Positions 26,100-36,554 of a stretch of DNA of 62,530 bases are shown here, piece after piece. Source of the stretch: an uncultured Nitrospiraceae bacterium. GTDB taxonomy: Bacteria > Nitrospirota > Thermodesulfovibrionia > Thermodesulfovibrionales > UBA9159. A program made the translations under genes and the position numbers. Under the pieces are notes generated by a model, which saw nothing but the letters and a program-made list of their open reading frames with translations, had not been told where the DNA came from and did no database searches. The stretch is taken from assembly GCA_964475485.1 (NCBI GenBank), contig CAYYWY010000012.1:1-62530 (forward strand), in the 5' to 3' direction. The stretch's first letter is position 1. Each line of letters opens with the position of its first letter.

Positions 26100-27250
26100 A
26101 GTTGAGGGAACTAAAATCATGGTATAGAGAAAGCGGCAGGGTGCTTCTTTTCATACTCGTGTCCCTCATTGTTGTCTCTTCTTTTGGATGCCTGGGGAGA
26201 AAGTCCGAACAGAAGGTGAAGAACAGCGCGGTGCCTGTGCAGGCCACGGCAGTGGAGAAAAAGGCTGTCCCAATACAACTCCGGGCCATAGGGAACGTCG
26301 AGCCGTATTCCACAGTGGGGGTGAAGGCTCAGGTGGGGGGAGAACTCATTCGAGTCCACTTTAAGGAAGGTCAGGACGTGAACAAAGGGGACCTTATCCT
26401 CACCATAGATCCCAGGCAATATGAAGCCGCCCTGAAACAGGCCGAGGCAACCCTCGCCAGAGATACCGCTCAGTGGGAAAATGCAAGGCAGGAACTGCGC
26501 CGCTACGAGGAACTCGTGAGGAAAGGCTATGTTGCGCAGTCTCAGTATGACCAGGTGCGTTCCAATGCGGAGGCGCTCGAAGCCGTGGTGAAGGCGGACA
26601 AGGCAGTAGTGGAAAATGCCCGACTGCAGTTGAGCTACTGTTTCATCCGCTCTCCCATAACGGGGCGCACAGGCAGCCTCATGGCCAGCGAGGGGAATCT
26701 CGTCAAGGCCAATGCTGACAACCCCATAATTGTTATAAACCAGATCCAGCCCGTCTACGTAAACTTCTCCGTGCCTGAACAGCATCTTGACGAGATCCGG
26801 AGATATATGTCTGCGGGGAGCCTGAAGGTTGTGGTGTTGATCAACAAGGAAGACACGCGACCCGAGCAGGGAGTGCTGACCTTTGTGGACAATGCGGTGG
26901 ACAGCTCTACCGGTACGATACGGTTGAAGGCCACGTTTGCCAACAAGGATAAGAGGCTCTGGCCGGGACAATTTGTGAATGTTGTCATGGTGCTTGCGGC
27001 TGGGCCGGATTCTGTTGTGGTTCCTTCCCAGGCTGTTCAGACCGGACAGGCCGGCCAGTTTGTTTTCGTTGTCAGAGAAGACCTCACGGTGGAGTTGCGA
27101 CCCGTTGTCGTTGCCAGGACATTCAACGGTGAGGCAGTTATCGAAAAAGGACTTCAGCCAGGCGAGAAGGTTGTGACGGACGGCCAGATCCGCCTTGTTC
27201 CAGGCGTGAAAGTTGATTTGAACATGTCGCTGGAGGGAGGCAAGCTGTGA
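26096..27250 (+). CDS. RND efflux membrane fusion protein (MdtA-like)
   Basis: FKEGQDVNKGDL, IRSPITGRTG, DNAVDSSTGT, LWPGQFV. Confidence 0.93.
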   Translation: MKLRELKSWYRESGRVLLFILVSLIVVSSFGCLGRKSEQKVKNSAVPVQATAVEKKAVPIQLRAIGNVEPYSTVGVKAQVGGELIRVHFKEGQDVNKGDLILTIDPRQYEAALKQAEATLARDTAQWENARQELRRYEELVRKGYVAQSQYDQVRSNAEALEAVVKADKAVVENARLQLSYCFIRSPITGRTGSLMASEGNLVKANADNPIIVINQIQPVYVNFSVPEQHLDEIRRYMSAGSLKVVVLINKEDTRPEQGVLTFVDNAVDSSTGTIRLKATFANKDKRLWPGQFVNVVMVLAAGPDSVVVPSQAVQTGQAGQFVFVVREDLTVELRPVVVARTFNGEAVIEKGLQPGEKVVTDGQIRLVPGVKVDLNMSLEGGKL

Positions 27251-30200
27251 ACATAGCGGAACTGTTCATCCGAAGGCCTGTGATGACCAGCCTCGTGATG
27301 CTGGCGATTATGCTCTTCGGCCTTATGGCATACAGGATCCTCCCTGTGAACGACCTCCCGACTGTCGACTATCCCACTATCCAGGTGACCGCGAATCTTC
27401 CGGGAGCGAACCCCGAAACAATGGCCTCTGCGGTGGCGACGCCGCTTGAGAGGCAGTTCTCGGCCATCTCCGGTCTCGACTCCATGACCTCGACCAACGG
27501 TCAGGGGATCAGCCTCATAACCCTCAAATTCGAACTCGAAAAGGATATCGACGCGGCGGCGCAGGACGTTCAGTCCGCAATATCGAAGGCGGCCCGCCAA
27601 TTGCCGCCGGACATGCCAACGCCTCCCTCTTTTCAGAAGGTGAACCCTGCCGATCAGCCCGTTCTCTATCTGGCCCTGAGTTCTCCTACTTTGCCTCTTT
27701 CCACCGTGAATGAATATGCCGACACGGTGATCGCCCCGCGCATCTCGATGGTGAGCGGTGTTGCCCAGGTGCTTATATTTGGTTCGCAGAAGTATGCTGT
27801 GCGGGTACGGCTCGACCCCGGGGCCCTTGCTTCCCGCAAGATCGGGATCGACGAAGTTGCCGGTGCACTGCAACGCGGCAATGTGAATCTTCCAACCGGC
27901 GTTTTGCAGGGAAAGAATCAGGTTGTAACAATTCAGGCGAGCGGGCAGCTCTACAGTGCCAAAGAGTATGAGCCTCTGATAGTTGCTTACCGGGGCGGTT
28001 CCCCGGTTCGTCTCAGCGAGATAGGAAGCGTTGCCGACAGCGTTGAAAACGACAAGGTTGCCGGGTGGTACAAGAAGACCCGTGCAATTGTTCTCGCAAT
28101 ACAGCGGCAGCCTGGCACCAACACCATCGAAGTTGTGGACAAGATAAAGCGGCTCCTCCCCGAATTCCGTGCCCAGATTCCCTCTTCTGTTGACCTCAAC
28201 ATCCTCTTTGATCGATCGGTATCGATCCGCGAATCGGTCTCTGACGTCAAGTTCACCATGTTCCTTACCATCTGCCTTGTGATAATGGTGATATTCATTT
28301 TTCTGAGGAACATTTCCGCCACAGTTATTCCGAGCCTCGCGCTTCCACTGTCCATCGTCGGCACCTTTGCCGCAATGTACCTCATGGGGTTCAGCGTCAA
28401 CAACATCTCTCTTATGGCGCTCACTCTCTCGGTAGGTTTTGTGGTAGACGATGCCATCGTCATGCTCGAAAACATCGTGCGACACATGGAGAAGGGTGAG
28501 AAGGTGATGGATGCGGCCCTCAGGGGATCGAGGGAGATCAGCTTCACCATCCTCTCCATGACCCTTTCACTTGTTGCCGTATTCATTCCCGTTCTCTTCA
28601 TGGGCGGGATGCTTGGACGTATACTCCATGAATTCGCGGTTACCATAAGTTTTGCGATACTCATCTCGGGGTTTGTCTCCCTGTCACTCACCCCCATGCT
28701 CTGCAGCAGGTTCCTAAAGCCTCATATGGGGCAGCAGCACGGAAGGGCATATCTTTTTATGGAGCGTTTTTTCCAGGGGATGTTTCACACATATGAATGG
28801 ACCCTGAAGAAGGTGTTGGGATACCGCAGGACTGTTATGGCGGTCACGTTTATGATGACTGCGTCCGCTGTCTGGCTTTTCTTTGCGATGCCTACCGGAC
28901 TTCTGCCCAGCGAGGACATCGGCGGCATATTCGCCTTCACCGAAGGGGCCCAGGGAATTTCCTTCGAGGACATGAAGCGGCACCAACAGGCCCTAGCCCG
29001 GATTGTGGGCGAAGATCCCAATGTGGAGGCGTTCATGTCCTTTGTCGGAGCGGGAGGAACCCGGGTTGCTTCCAACTCGGGCTTCATGTTTATACGTCTG
29101 AAACCCCACAGTCAGCGCAAGCTCAAGGCGGATGAAGTGATCCAGGAACTGAGGCCGAAGGTTGCCAAAGTCCCCGGTATTCTCATGTTTCTTCAAAATC
29201 CTCCTCCTATCCGACTCGAGGCCCAGCTTGCGAAGAGCCAGTACCAGTTCTATCTTCAAAGCCCTGATGCGGCGGAACTTTACGGGCATGCTGCTGAGCT
29301 CGAAGTAAGACTCAGGGACCTGCCCCAGCTCCAGGACGTAACAAGCGACCTCCAATTGAAGAGTCCCCAGGTGAATATAAATATCGACAGGGACAGGGCT
29401 TCTGCCTTAGGAATTACTGCCCAGCAGGTGGAAGACTCACTCTACTATGCTTATGGCTCCCGGCAGGTCTCTACCATCTACGCTCCCACAAACCAGTATC
29501 AGGTGATAATGGAGCTGGAACCCAGGTATCAGACAGACCCGTCGGTGCTCTCCTTGCTTTATATCCGTTCCAATACAGGCCAACTCGTTCCTCTCAACAG
29601 CGTTGCGACCCTTTCCAGCGGTCTCGGTCCCCTCTCCGTGAACCATCTGGGGCAAATAACGGCGGTGACCATATCCTTCAACCTTAAACCGGGGGTTCCG
29701 CTTGGAAATGCGGTTGCAGCGATCGAAAGGGTTGCCCGTGAGACCCTTCCCCCTTCAATAAGCACTGGATTTACAGGGACTGCACAGGCATACAAGGCCT
29801 CTACGAAAGGACTTACACTTCTGCTCATCATGGCTATCGTTGTCATTTATATAGTGCTCGGAATCCTTTATGAAAGCTACATCCATCCCTTCACTATCCT
29901 CTCCGGGCTTCCAGCTGCAGGCTTCGGTGCCCTATTGACCCTGCTCCTTTTTGGGAAAGAACTGAATCTCTATGCCTTTGTTGGAATTATCATGTTGGTG
30001 GGTATTGTGAAGAAGAATGCTATCATGATGATAGACTTCGCCCTTGAGGCTCAGCGGAAAGAGGGGAAATCTCCCCTTGAGGCGATCTACCAGGGATGCC
30101 TGATCCGCTTCCGCCCCATAATGATGACGACAATGGCGGCTCTCATGGGAACCCTTCCCATTGCTCTCGGCATCGGCACCAGTTCCGAAGGCCGCCGGCC

Positions 30201-30363
30201 TCTGGGACTCGCAGTGGTGGGAGGCCTGGTGGTGTCACAGCTCCTGACGCTATACATAACACCTGTGGTTTATTATTACATGGACAGGTTCCAGCAGAAC
30301 GCAGTCAGTTGGCTCGTGAAACGAAGGAAAAAGGAGGGGCAAAGCGTCGTGCATGCCGGGTAG
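27247..30363 (+). CDS. RND efflux permease (MdtB/MdtC-like)
   Basis: 1038 aa; FIRRPV, GFVVDDAIV, GIVKKNAI, RFRPIMMTT. Confidence 0.96.
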   Translation: MNIAELFIRRPVMTSLVMLAIMLFGLMAYRILPVNDLPTVDYPTIQVTANLPGANPETMASAVATPLERQFSAISGLDSMTSTNGQGISLITLKFELEKDIDAAAQDVQSAISKAARQLPPDMPTPPSFQKVNPADQPVLYLALSSPTLPLSTVNEYADTVIAPRISMVSGVAQVLIFGSQKYAVRVRLDPGALASRKIGIDEVAGALQRGNVNLPTGVLQGKNQVVTIQASGQLYSAKEYEPLIVAYRGGSPVRLSEIGSVADSVENDKVAGWYKKTRAIVLAIQRQPGTNTIEVVDKIKRLLPEFRAQIPSSVDLNILFDRSVSIRESVSDVKFTMFLTICLVIMVIFIFLRNISATVIPSLALPLSIVGTFAAMYLMGFSVNNISLMALTLSVGFVVDDAIVMLENIVRHMEKGEKVMDAALRGSREISFTILSMTLSLVAVFIPVLFMGGMLGRILHEFAVTISFAILISGFVSLSLTPMLCSRFLKPHMGQQHGRAYLFMERFFQGMFHTYEWTLKKVLGYRRTVMAVTFMMTASAVWLFFAMPTGLLPSEDIGGIFAFTEGAQGISFEDMKRHQQALARIVGEDPNVEAFMSFVGAGGTRVASNSGFMFIRLKPHSQRKLKADEVIQELRPKVAKVPGILMFLQNPPPIRLEAQLAKSQYQFYLQSPDAAELYGHAAELEVRLRDLPQLQDVTSDLQLKSPQVNINIDRDRASALGITAQQVEDSLYYAYGSRQVSTIYAPTNQYQVIMELEPRYQTDPSVLSLLYIRSNTGQLVPLNSVATLSSGLGPLSVNHLGQITAVTISFNLKPGVPLGNAVAAIERVARETLPPSISTGFTGTAQAYKASTKGLTLLLIMAIVVIYIVLGILYESYIHPFTILSGLPAAGFGALLTLLLFGKELNLYAFVGIIMLVGIVKKNAIMMIDFALEAQRKEGKSPLEAIYQGCLIRFRPIMMTTMAALMGTLPIALGIGTSSEGRRPLGLAVVGGLVVSQLLTLYITPVVYYYMDRFQQNAVSWLVKRRKKEGQSVVHAG

Positions 30364-30488
30364 GATTTCTGGAATGGCAGACCCTTGTGGCAAATTCATG
30401 GACAGCATTATTTGGGCTAAACCCTTCAATTGCTATAATGTCTAACGTAAATGAGAGATCAGTCTAATCATACGGTCAGGAGGAATAT

Positions 30489-31778
30489 ATGAGACGGATT
30501 ATTCTGCTTAGCGTATTTCTTCTCTATGTCGTTCCCTTTAAGAGTGAAGCCGAAGAGGTGATAAGGAAAGGGGAGCTGCTCACCCTGGAGCGATGTATCG
30601 AGACTGCGCTGGTGAGGCATCCGAGCATAGTTGCCGCAAAGAGTACCGCAAATGCCAGTGAGAGCAGAACAGGACAGGCAAAGGCAGGTTATTACCCTTC
30701 CATCGACTGGACTACGAGCGCAAGCAGGACATCCGTCGGTCCGAGGGAGACACTCGGCTTCAAGACAGGCTCGGCTCTTTTCAATTCGTATTCGGCCGGT
30801 GCCACACTGAACCAGACGATATTCGATTTCGGAAAGACAGCCTCTCAGGTCAGGGTCGGGACTTTCAACCATGATTCTTCCCTCAATGATCTCGAGAACG
30901 TTGCCGGGCAGGTGATATTGAATGTGAAGCAGGCATACTTCGGCGTGTTGCAGGCAAAGCGTAACAGAATGGTTTCCGAAGAGGCGGTGGGGCAATTCCG
31001 GCTCCACCTTGAGCAGGCAAAAGGGTTCTATGAGGTGGGTACAAAGCCGAAGTTCGACGTGACAAAGGCAGAAGTGGACCTGAGTAACGCCAAGCTGAAT
31101 CTTATAAAGGCGGAAAACGCGGTGAGGTTGGCGGTGGCGAACCTGAACAATGCAATGGGAGTGCCTATGGCGCCTGAATATATGCTGGAGGACACCCTTT
31201 CGTTCCAGAAATATGAGATAACCTTCGAGAACGCACTTGCCAGGGCATATGAGAACAGACCCGACCTGAAATCAACCGTTGCCAGAAGGCAGGCAGCTGA
31301 ATCTTCCATTGAACTCGAAAAGAAGGGATACTTTCCTGTACTGACGGGGACCGCAGGCTACAACTATGCAGGCAACGACTTTCCGCTCAAGAGGGGGTGG
31401 AACATAGGCGCGACTCTCACGGTTCCCCTGTTCAGTGGTTTTCTCACGAAATACCGGGTGGATGAGGCAAAGGCCAACCTCGACGTCCTGAAAGCGAATG
31501 AGGAGTCGTTAAGACAGGTCATATTTCTTGAGGTCCAGCAGGCATATCTCAATCTCCAGGAGGCCGAGGAGAGAATCCCCACTGCAGAGCTCACCGTAAA
31601 ACAGGCCGAGGAGAATTTTGAAATCGCCAGAGGCCGATACGGGGCGGGTGTGGGGAACCCCATAGAGGTTACGGATGCGGAAGTGGCTTTGAGCAATGCA
31701 AAGACCGCCTATATACAGGCTCTTTACGACTATAAGGTTGCGAAAGCAACCCTTGAGAAGGCAATGGGAACGAGATGA
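30489..31778 (+). CDS. TolC-family outer membrane efflux protein
   Basis: Signal peptide and two OEP repeats. Confidence 0.93.
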   Translation: MRRIILLSVFLLYVVPFKSEAEEVIRKGELLTLERCIETALVRHPSIVAAKSTANASESRTGQAKAGYYPSIDWTTSASRTSVGPRETLGFKTGSALFNSYSAGATLNQTIFDFGKTASQVRVGTFNHDSSLNDLENVAGQVILNVKQAYFGVLQAKRNRMVSEEAVGQFRLHLEQAKGFYEVGTKPKFDVTKAEVDLSNAKLNLIKAENAVRLAVANLNNAMGVPMAPEYMLEDTLSFQKYEITFENALARAYENRPDLKSTVARRQAAESSIELEKKGYFPVLTGTAGYNYAGNDFPLKRGWNIGATLTVPLFSGFLTKYRVDEAKANLDVLKANEESLRQVIFLEVQQAYLNLQEAEERIPTAELTVKQAEENFEIARGRYGAGVGNPIEVTDAEVALSNAKTAYIQALYDYKVAKATLEKAMGTR

Positions 31779-32935
31779 GGAAGGTTCTTTTCGCAGCAAT
31801 AATCGCTGCTTTCGTTGCTGTTGCTGTCTTCATCCTCTTCAGGAGCAGGGAGAGCGAACCTAAGTACAGGACAGAGAAGATTACCCGGGGTGACATCATA
31901 ACTTCCGTTTCAGCAACGGGTACCGTGAACGCTGTGACCACCGTGCTTGTGGGTACTCAGGTTTCGGGTACGATAAGAACGATACATGTCGATTTCAATT
32001 CCCCCGTCAAGAAGGGGCAGTTGATTGCCCGGATAGATCCTTCAACCTTCGAGGAACAGGTTGCCCAGGCCGGGGCGAATCTCCTTGCAGCAAGGGCGAA
32101 TCTTGAGAAGGCGGAGGTGAGCCTTGCCGATGCAAAGAGGAACATGGACAGAAACAGAGCTCTCTTTTCCAGGAACCTGATTGCGCGGAGCGACCTCGAC
32201 ACGTCAGAGACGAACTATCAGACTGCAAAGGCACAGGTGAGCGTTTCAAGGGCACAGGTAGCCCAGGCAGAGGCAGCGCTCAGGAATGCAGAGACAAATC
32301 TCGGATATACGAGGATTCTCTCTCCTGTGGACGGCATAGTCGTTTCAAGAAACGTGGATGTGGGCCAGACTGTGGCGGCCAGCTTCCAGACCCCGACGCT
32401 CTTTACCATTGCTCAGGACCTTACGAAGATGCAGATCGACACCAGTGTGGACGAGGCCGACATCGGCAAGGTTAAGGTCGGGCAGGAAGTTGAGTTCACT
32501 GTTGATGCCTATCCCGAAAGCACCTTCAAGGGGAAGGTTTCGCAGGTCAGGATAGCCCCCGTAACGGTACAGAACGTTGTGACCTATAACGCAGTGATCA
32601 GGGTGGACAACCCGGAGATGAAACTCAAGCCCGGGATGACCGCCAATGTTTCGATAATCGTTTCCGAAAAAAAAGATGCCCTGAGAATACCCAATGCAGC
32701 CCTGAGGTTCAGGCCTGCTGAGAAGGACAAGGCCAGGACGGTGCAGAAGAGCCCGGGCGTCTGGGTGCTTGAGGCTGGAAAGGCGAAGCGACTTCCGGTA
32801 GCGACAGGCATTAGCGACGGGACGTACACAGAGATAATTTCAGGGGATATCAAGGAGGGGCAGGAAGTGATTGTGGAATCCCTGACGAAACCTAAGGTGG
32901 AATCCGCTCCTGCGCGCGGTCCGAGATTCTTTTAG
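31775..32935 (+). CDS. MacA-like periplasmic adaptor
   Basis: VGTQVSG, GQTVAASFQTPTLF, VDEADIG, LKPGMTA. Confidence 0.93.
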   Translation: MRKVLFAAIIAAFVAVAVFILFRSRESEPKYRTEKITRGDIITSVSATGTVNAVTTVLVGTQVSGTIRTIHVDFNSPVKKGQLIARIDPSTFEEQVAQAGANLLAARANLEKAEVSLADAKRNMDRNRALFSRNLIARSDLDTSETNYQTAKAQVSVSRAQVAQAEAALRNAETNLGYTRILSPVDGIVVSRNVDVGQTVAASFQTPTLFTIAQDLTKMQIDTSVDEADIGKVKVGQEVEFTVDAYPESTFKGKVSQVRIAPVTVQNVVTYNAVIRVDNPEMKLKPGMTANVSIIVSEKKDALRIPNAALRFRPAEKDKARTVQKSPGVWVLEAGKAKRLPVATGISDGTYTEIISGDIKEGQEVIVESLTKPKVESAPARGPRFF

Positions 32936-32937
32936 CC

Positions 32938-33642
32938 GTGGCTCTTATCGAGGCAAATGATATCACCAAGGTCTACACTCTCGGGGATGTTGAATTAAGG
33001 GCGCTCGACGGAGTTACTGCCCGCATCGAAAATGGAGAATTCGTCGCTGTAATGGGGCCTTCGGGCTCCGGGAAGTCGACCTTTATGAACATCCTGGGAT
33101 GCCTTGACAGGCCTTCGGCCGGACGTTATCTCCTTGAAGGCATGGACGTCGGCATCCTCGGAAAGGACGAACTTGCCACGATAAGGAACAGGAAGATAGG
33201 GTTTGTTTTTCAGGGTTTTAATCTTCTTCCCAGGACTTCAGCCGTGGAGAACGTTGAACTCCCCATGCTCTACGACGGACTCACTCGAAAGGAGAGAAGG
33301 GAACGTGCCGTAGCGGCGCTGAGAAGCGTGGGACTTGAGGGGCGGGAGAATCATCATCCCAACCAGCTTTCAGGGGGGCAGCAGCAGAGGGTTGCCATAG
33401 CAAGGGCGCTGGTGAACGGCGCGCCTATCATACTCGCGGACGAGCCGACAGGGAACCTTGATACAAAAACAAGCGCGGAGATAATGGAGCTTTTCGTGAA
33501 ACTGAACAGGGACGAGAATATTACGGTGATCCTCGTAACCCATGAGGCCGACATAGCGGCATACAGCAGACGGATTATCAGGTTTCTCGACGGCCGGATA
33601 ACGAGCGATGAAAAAAGAATTAGGATTCCGGAAGTCAGGTGA
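32938..33642 (+). CDS. ABC ATP-binding protein (MacB/LolD type)
   Basis: GPSGSGKST, LSGGQQQR, ADEPTGNLD. Confidence 0.96.
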   Translation: MALIEANDITKVYTLGDVELRALDGVTARIENGEFVAVMGPSGSGKSTFMNILGCLDRPSAGRYLLEGMDVGILGKDELATIRNRKIGFVFQGFNLLPRTSAVENVELPMLYDGLTRKERRERAVAALRSVGLEGRENHHPNQLSGGQQQRVAIARALVNGAPIILADEPTGNLDTKTSAEIMELFVKLNRDENITVILVTHEADIAAYSRRIIRFLDGRITSDEKRIRIPEVR

Positions 33643-33780
33643 CATTGTGGAGAGCATAACTATTGCGAGTGACGCATCCCAACCCCGCCTACCGGTCAGA
33701 GAGGGGGAAGTTTTGGAAACGTCGTCCAACCATGAACTTTTCTGCGGACTCTGCGCTCCGGTGGTAGGCATCAGGGCAGG

Positions 33781-35010
33781 ATGATCAATTTATCATCGAC
33801 ATTGAGAATATCCCTTAGGGCTTTGAGGGTTAACAAGATGCGTTCGGCCCTCACAATGCTCGGAATCATTATAGGAGTCGGAGCCGTCATCGCCATGCTC
33901 GCTGTCGGCACAGGGGCAAGCAGACAGATAGCCGCGCAGATATCGAGCATAGGGAGCAACCTCATCATGGTCCTTCCTGGAGCGACCACGGCCGGGGGTG
34001 TGAGGATGGGAGCAGGAACGCAGCCGACCCTCACCATGGGTGATGCGGAGGCGATAATTAAGGAATCTCCGGCAGTGGCAGAGGTCGCTCCAGTCCATAA
34101 TGGAGTTGCACAGGTCGTGTACGGTCACCAGAACTGGTCGACGGGTGTTGTGGGGACGACGCCGAGCATGCTGGAGGTGCGGGACTGGTCCTTATCTGCC
34201 GGCAGACCGTTTACGGAGCAGGATGTGAAGAGTGCCGCAAAGGTGTGTCTTCTCGGACAGACGGTTGTGGAGAACCTGTTTGGGGACATGGACCCAATCG
34301 GGCAGATTGTAAGGATAAAAAAGGTCCCTTTTACTGTAATAGGAGTGCTTGCGCGGAAAGGGCAGTCCCCCGGGGGCCAGGACCAGGACGATACCATCTA
34401 TGTCCCCGTGACCACGGCGCAGAAGAAGCTTTTCGGGACCGCCTTCCCAGGGATGATAAGGATCATCATGGTAAAGGCAAAGAGCACCGGAGATCTGCAG
34501 GTTGCTGAGAAGCAGATAAACGAGTTGCTGAGGCAGAGGCACAGGATAGGGCCGAAACAGGAGAGCGACTTCACCGTGAGGAACCTCACCCAGATCATGC
34601 AGACAGCAGAGCAGTCCTCGAGGGTGATGTCGCTCCTTCTGGGAGCTATCGCATCCGTTTCCCTCGTCGTCGGAGGCATCGGCATTATGAACATCATGCT
34701 CGTCTCCGTCACAGAAAGGACGAGAGAGATAGGGATACGCATGGCGGTGGGCGCAAAGACATGGGACATAAGACTCCAGTTCATCATCGAGGCCCTCACT
34801 CTGTCGCTGATCGGAGGAATTGCCGGCATCATCGCCGGGATCTCGGGTTCAAAAATACTCTCAGCCCTTGCGGGGTGGCCTACCGTCGTTTCGTTGTTTT
34901 CTGTCTTTCTGGCCTTCGGATTTTCAGGGCTTGTGGGAATGTTCTTTGGTTTCTATCCTGCGTACAAGGCATCGAACCTCAACCCTATAGAGGCGCTGAG
35001 ATACGAATAG
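33781..35010 (+). CDS. ABC permease (MacB/FtsX type)
   Basis: RSALTMLGIIIG, GGIGIMNIMLVSVTERTREIG, LNPIEALRYE. Confidence 0.96.
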   Translation: MINLSSTLRISLRALRVNKMRSALTMLGIIIGVGAVIAMLAVGTGASRQIAAQISSIGSNLIMVLPGATTAGGVRMGAGTQPTLTMGDAEAIIKESPAVAEVAPVHNGVAQVVYGHQNWSTGVVGTTPSMLEVRDWSLSAGRPFTEQDVKSAAKVCLLGQTVVENLFGDMDPIGQIVRIKKVPFTVIGVLARKGQSPGGQDQDDTIYVPVTTAQKKLFGTAFPGMIRIIMVKAKSTGDLQVAEKQINELLRQRHRIGPKQESDFTVRNLTQIMQTAEQSSRVMSLLLGAIASVSLVVGGIGIMNIMLVSVTERTREIGIRMAVGAKTWDIRLQFIIEALTLSLIGGIAGIIAGISGSKILSALAGWPTVVSLFSVFLAFGFSGLVGMFFGFYPAYKASNLNPIEALRYE

Positions 35011-35016
35011 GCCATT

Positions 35017-35457
35017 TCAGTAGTTCCCGTCTTCGGAAGTGCCGCACCGGGGACAGACAGCGAACTCAGGGATGTGCACCTTATAAACAGAGGTGCAGTT
35101 TCTACAGACCACCGTAACGGGCTGCATCATGCCCGCAATGCCCTTATCGGCTCGCGCCTGTTCTTTGCATTTCAGTCCAGCCACGAAAAAGTCATCGAGC
35201 AGCCTGTTTACCCACCGAACCGTGTATGTCCGGTACCCGGTCGGAATGTGGTTTTTTATGGTGATCACGTCTCCACATTTGAGGGGTGTATGTGCATAGA
35301 TCCCGAGGCCTGATTTGCTGAGATTGAAGATGGTGCCTGTCAAGAGCCTGCCTTCCGGGTTTTCGAGCGCAAATTCAATGGGCTGATAGTAGATCTGGCG
35401 CGGCTCGCTTCTCCTTTCGATGTCGTTGAAAGGCATCTGCCCGTCCTTCATTTTCAT
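35017..35457 (-). CDS. PilZ-domain protein with C-terminal CxxC-CxxC zinc ribbon
   Basis: RRSEPR and NLSKSG c-di-GMP motifs; CRNC...CPRC. Start uncertain (ORF track begins at 35523). Confidence 0.75.
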   Translation of the reverse strand: MKMKDGQMPFNDIERRSEPRQIYYQPIEFALENPEGRLLTGTIFNLSKSGLGIYAHTPLKCGDVITIKNHIPTGYRTYTVRWVNRLLDDFFVAGLKCKEQARADKGIAGMMQPVTVVCRNCTSVYKVHIPEFAVCPRCGTSEDGNY

Positions 35458-35676
35458 CCTATAGAATCCTATGCTTAGGAAAAGTATCTCAGAATCGCGA
35501 AAAAAATTCTCGACATTTTCCACTTTTTTTATGACTTTTTTTGGGTGGTGAAAAGGAGTCTTAAGAAATATTAACCCCCGTCTGATCGGTTCTTGATCTT
35601 CATGTTATTCGATGAGGCAGAGAATAAGCATCGATAGTATTGATTTTTTGCTTTACAGGAAGTGGGGGAGGGAAAC

Positions 35677-35809
35677 ATGGAAACCGTTCTGGTAATTGAT
35701 GACGATGAGCTTATCTTGTCGATCCTTGCGGACGGGCTCAGGGCTTTCGCAATGGGATGCCGAAAACGGGAAAAAAGCGGTCAGAATCCTTGAGTGGGAC
35801 GCTGGTTAG
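35677..35809 (+). pseudogene. Truncated, frameshifted response-regulator receiver remnant
   Basis: GGGAGGG RBS, METVLVIDDDELILSILADGL, then AENGKKAVRILE in another frame. Confidence 0.7.
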
Positions 35810-35813
35810 CGCA

Positions 35814-36554
35814 TCAACCGACACCGGAATCAATGTCCGTCAAGAAGACAAGCTTGCCCCTTTCCGGATTTACCATTGAGGCCGGAAGGGCGGGGTCATT
35901 TCCCTGCCTCAGCCTCTCCACGATCTTTCTCTTTTCCTTGCCGGTTACGAGGAAGAAGACATTGCCCGCTCTGTTTATTACAGGAAATGTGAGCGTTATC
36001 CTGTCATGGAGAGGTTCGCCCAATCTTACCGCAACCGCAAGACGGCGACTCTCCTTCAGCGCCTCCGTGGCCGGGAAGAGGGAGGCGGTGTGGCCTTCCT
36101 TCCCGATACCCAGCAGGATGAGATCGAATTCAGGGACGCCGTGCTCACTTAGCCCAAAAAATCTCCTCAACTCTTCTTCGTATTTCTTTGCAGAAAGCTC
36201 GGGAGAATTCTCGGCTGTCGATATGGGATGTACGTTCTCAGGGAGAATGGATATTCGGCTTAGCAGCGTCTTCAGCAGCATTCCATAGTTGCTATCCTCG
36301 CTGTCGGGGGGGACGAACCGTTCGTCTACGAGGAAGATATGGGTCTTATCCCACGGAAGGCCTTCAACCGCTGATAGGCGCCGGTAGAATTCCTCGGGGG
36401 TCCTTCCCCCTGATAGGGCAGCGGCGAAATATCCCTTCTCCTCTATAGCGGTGAAAGAGATAGACACCCACTTCTCTTCCATAAAACGAGAAATCCCATC
36501 CGCGTTTTCGAAGACAAGAAATTCGGTGTCGCCGGAACTCACGCGGTAAGCCAC
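35814..36554 (-). CDS. pgl: 6-phosphogluconolactonase
   Basis: ALSGGRTP, DERFVP, DSNY, GHTASLFP, RITLT. Confidence 0.95.
   Translation of the reverse strand: MAYRVSSGDTEFLVFENADGISRFMEEKWVSISFTAIEEKGYFAAALSGGRTPEEFYRRLSAVEGLPWDKTHIFLVDERFVPPDSEDSNYGMLLKTLLSRISILPENVHPISTAENSPELSAKKYEEELRRFFGLSEHGVPEFDLILLGIGKEGHTASLFPATEALKESRRLAVAVRLGEPLHDRITLTFPVINRAGNVFFLVTGKEKRKIVERLRQGNDPALPASMVNPERGKLVFLTDIDSGVG

Noticed and set aside
27154-28485. 443-aa antisense ORF and many other long opposite-strand ORFs (e.g. 14052-14840, 26117-26971, 46774-47652, 49558-50397)
   Set aside because: They are shadows of well-supported genes on the other strand and show no recognisable motifs.
30450-30470. GAGATCAGTCTA as an operator for the tolC operon
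   Set aside because: Only half-dyadic and unlike the TGAAC-N4-GTTCA site; insufficient evidence.
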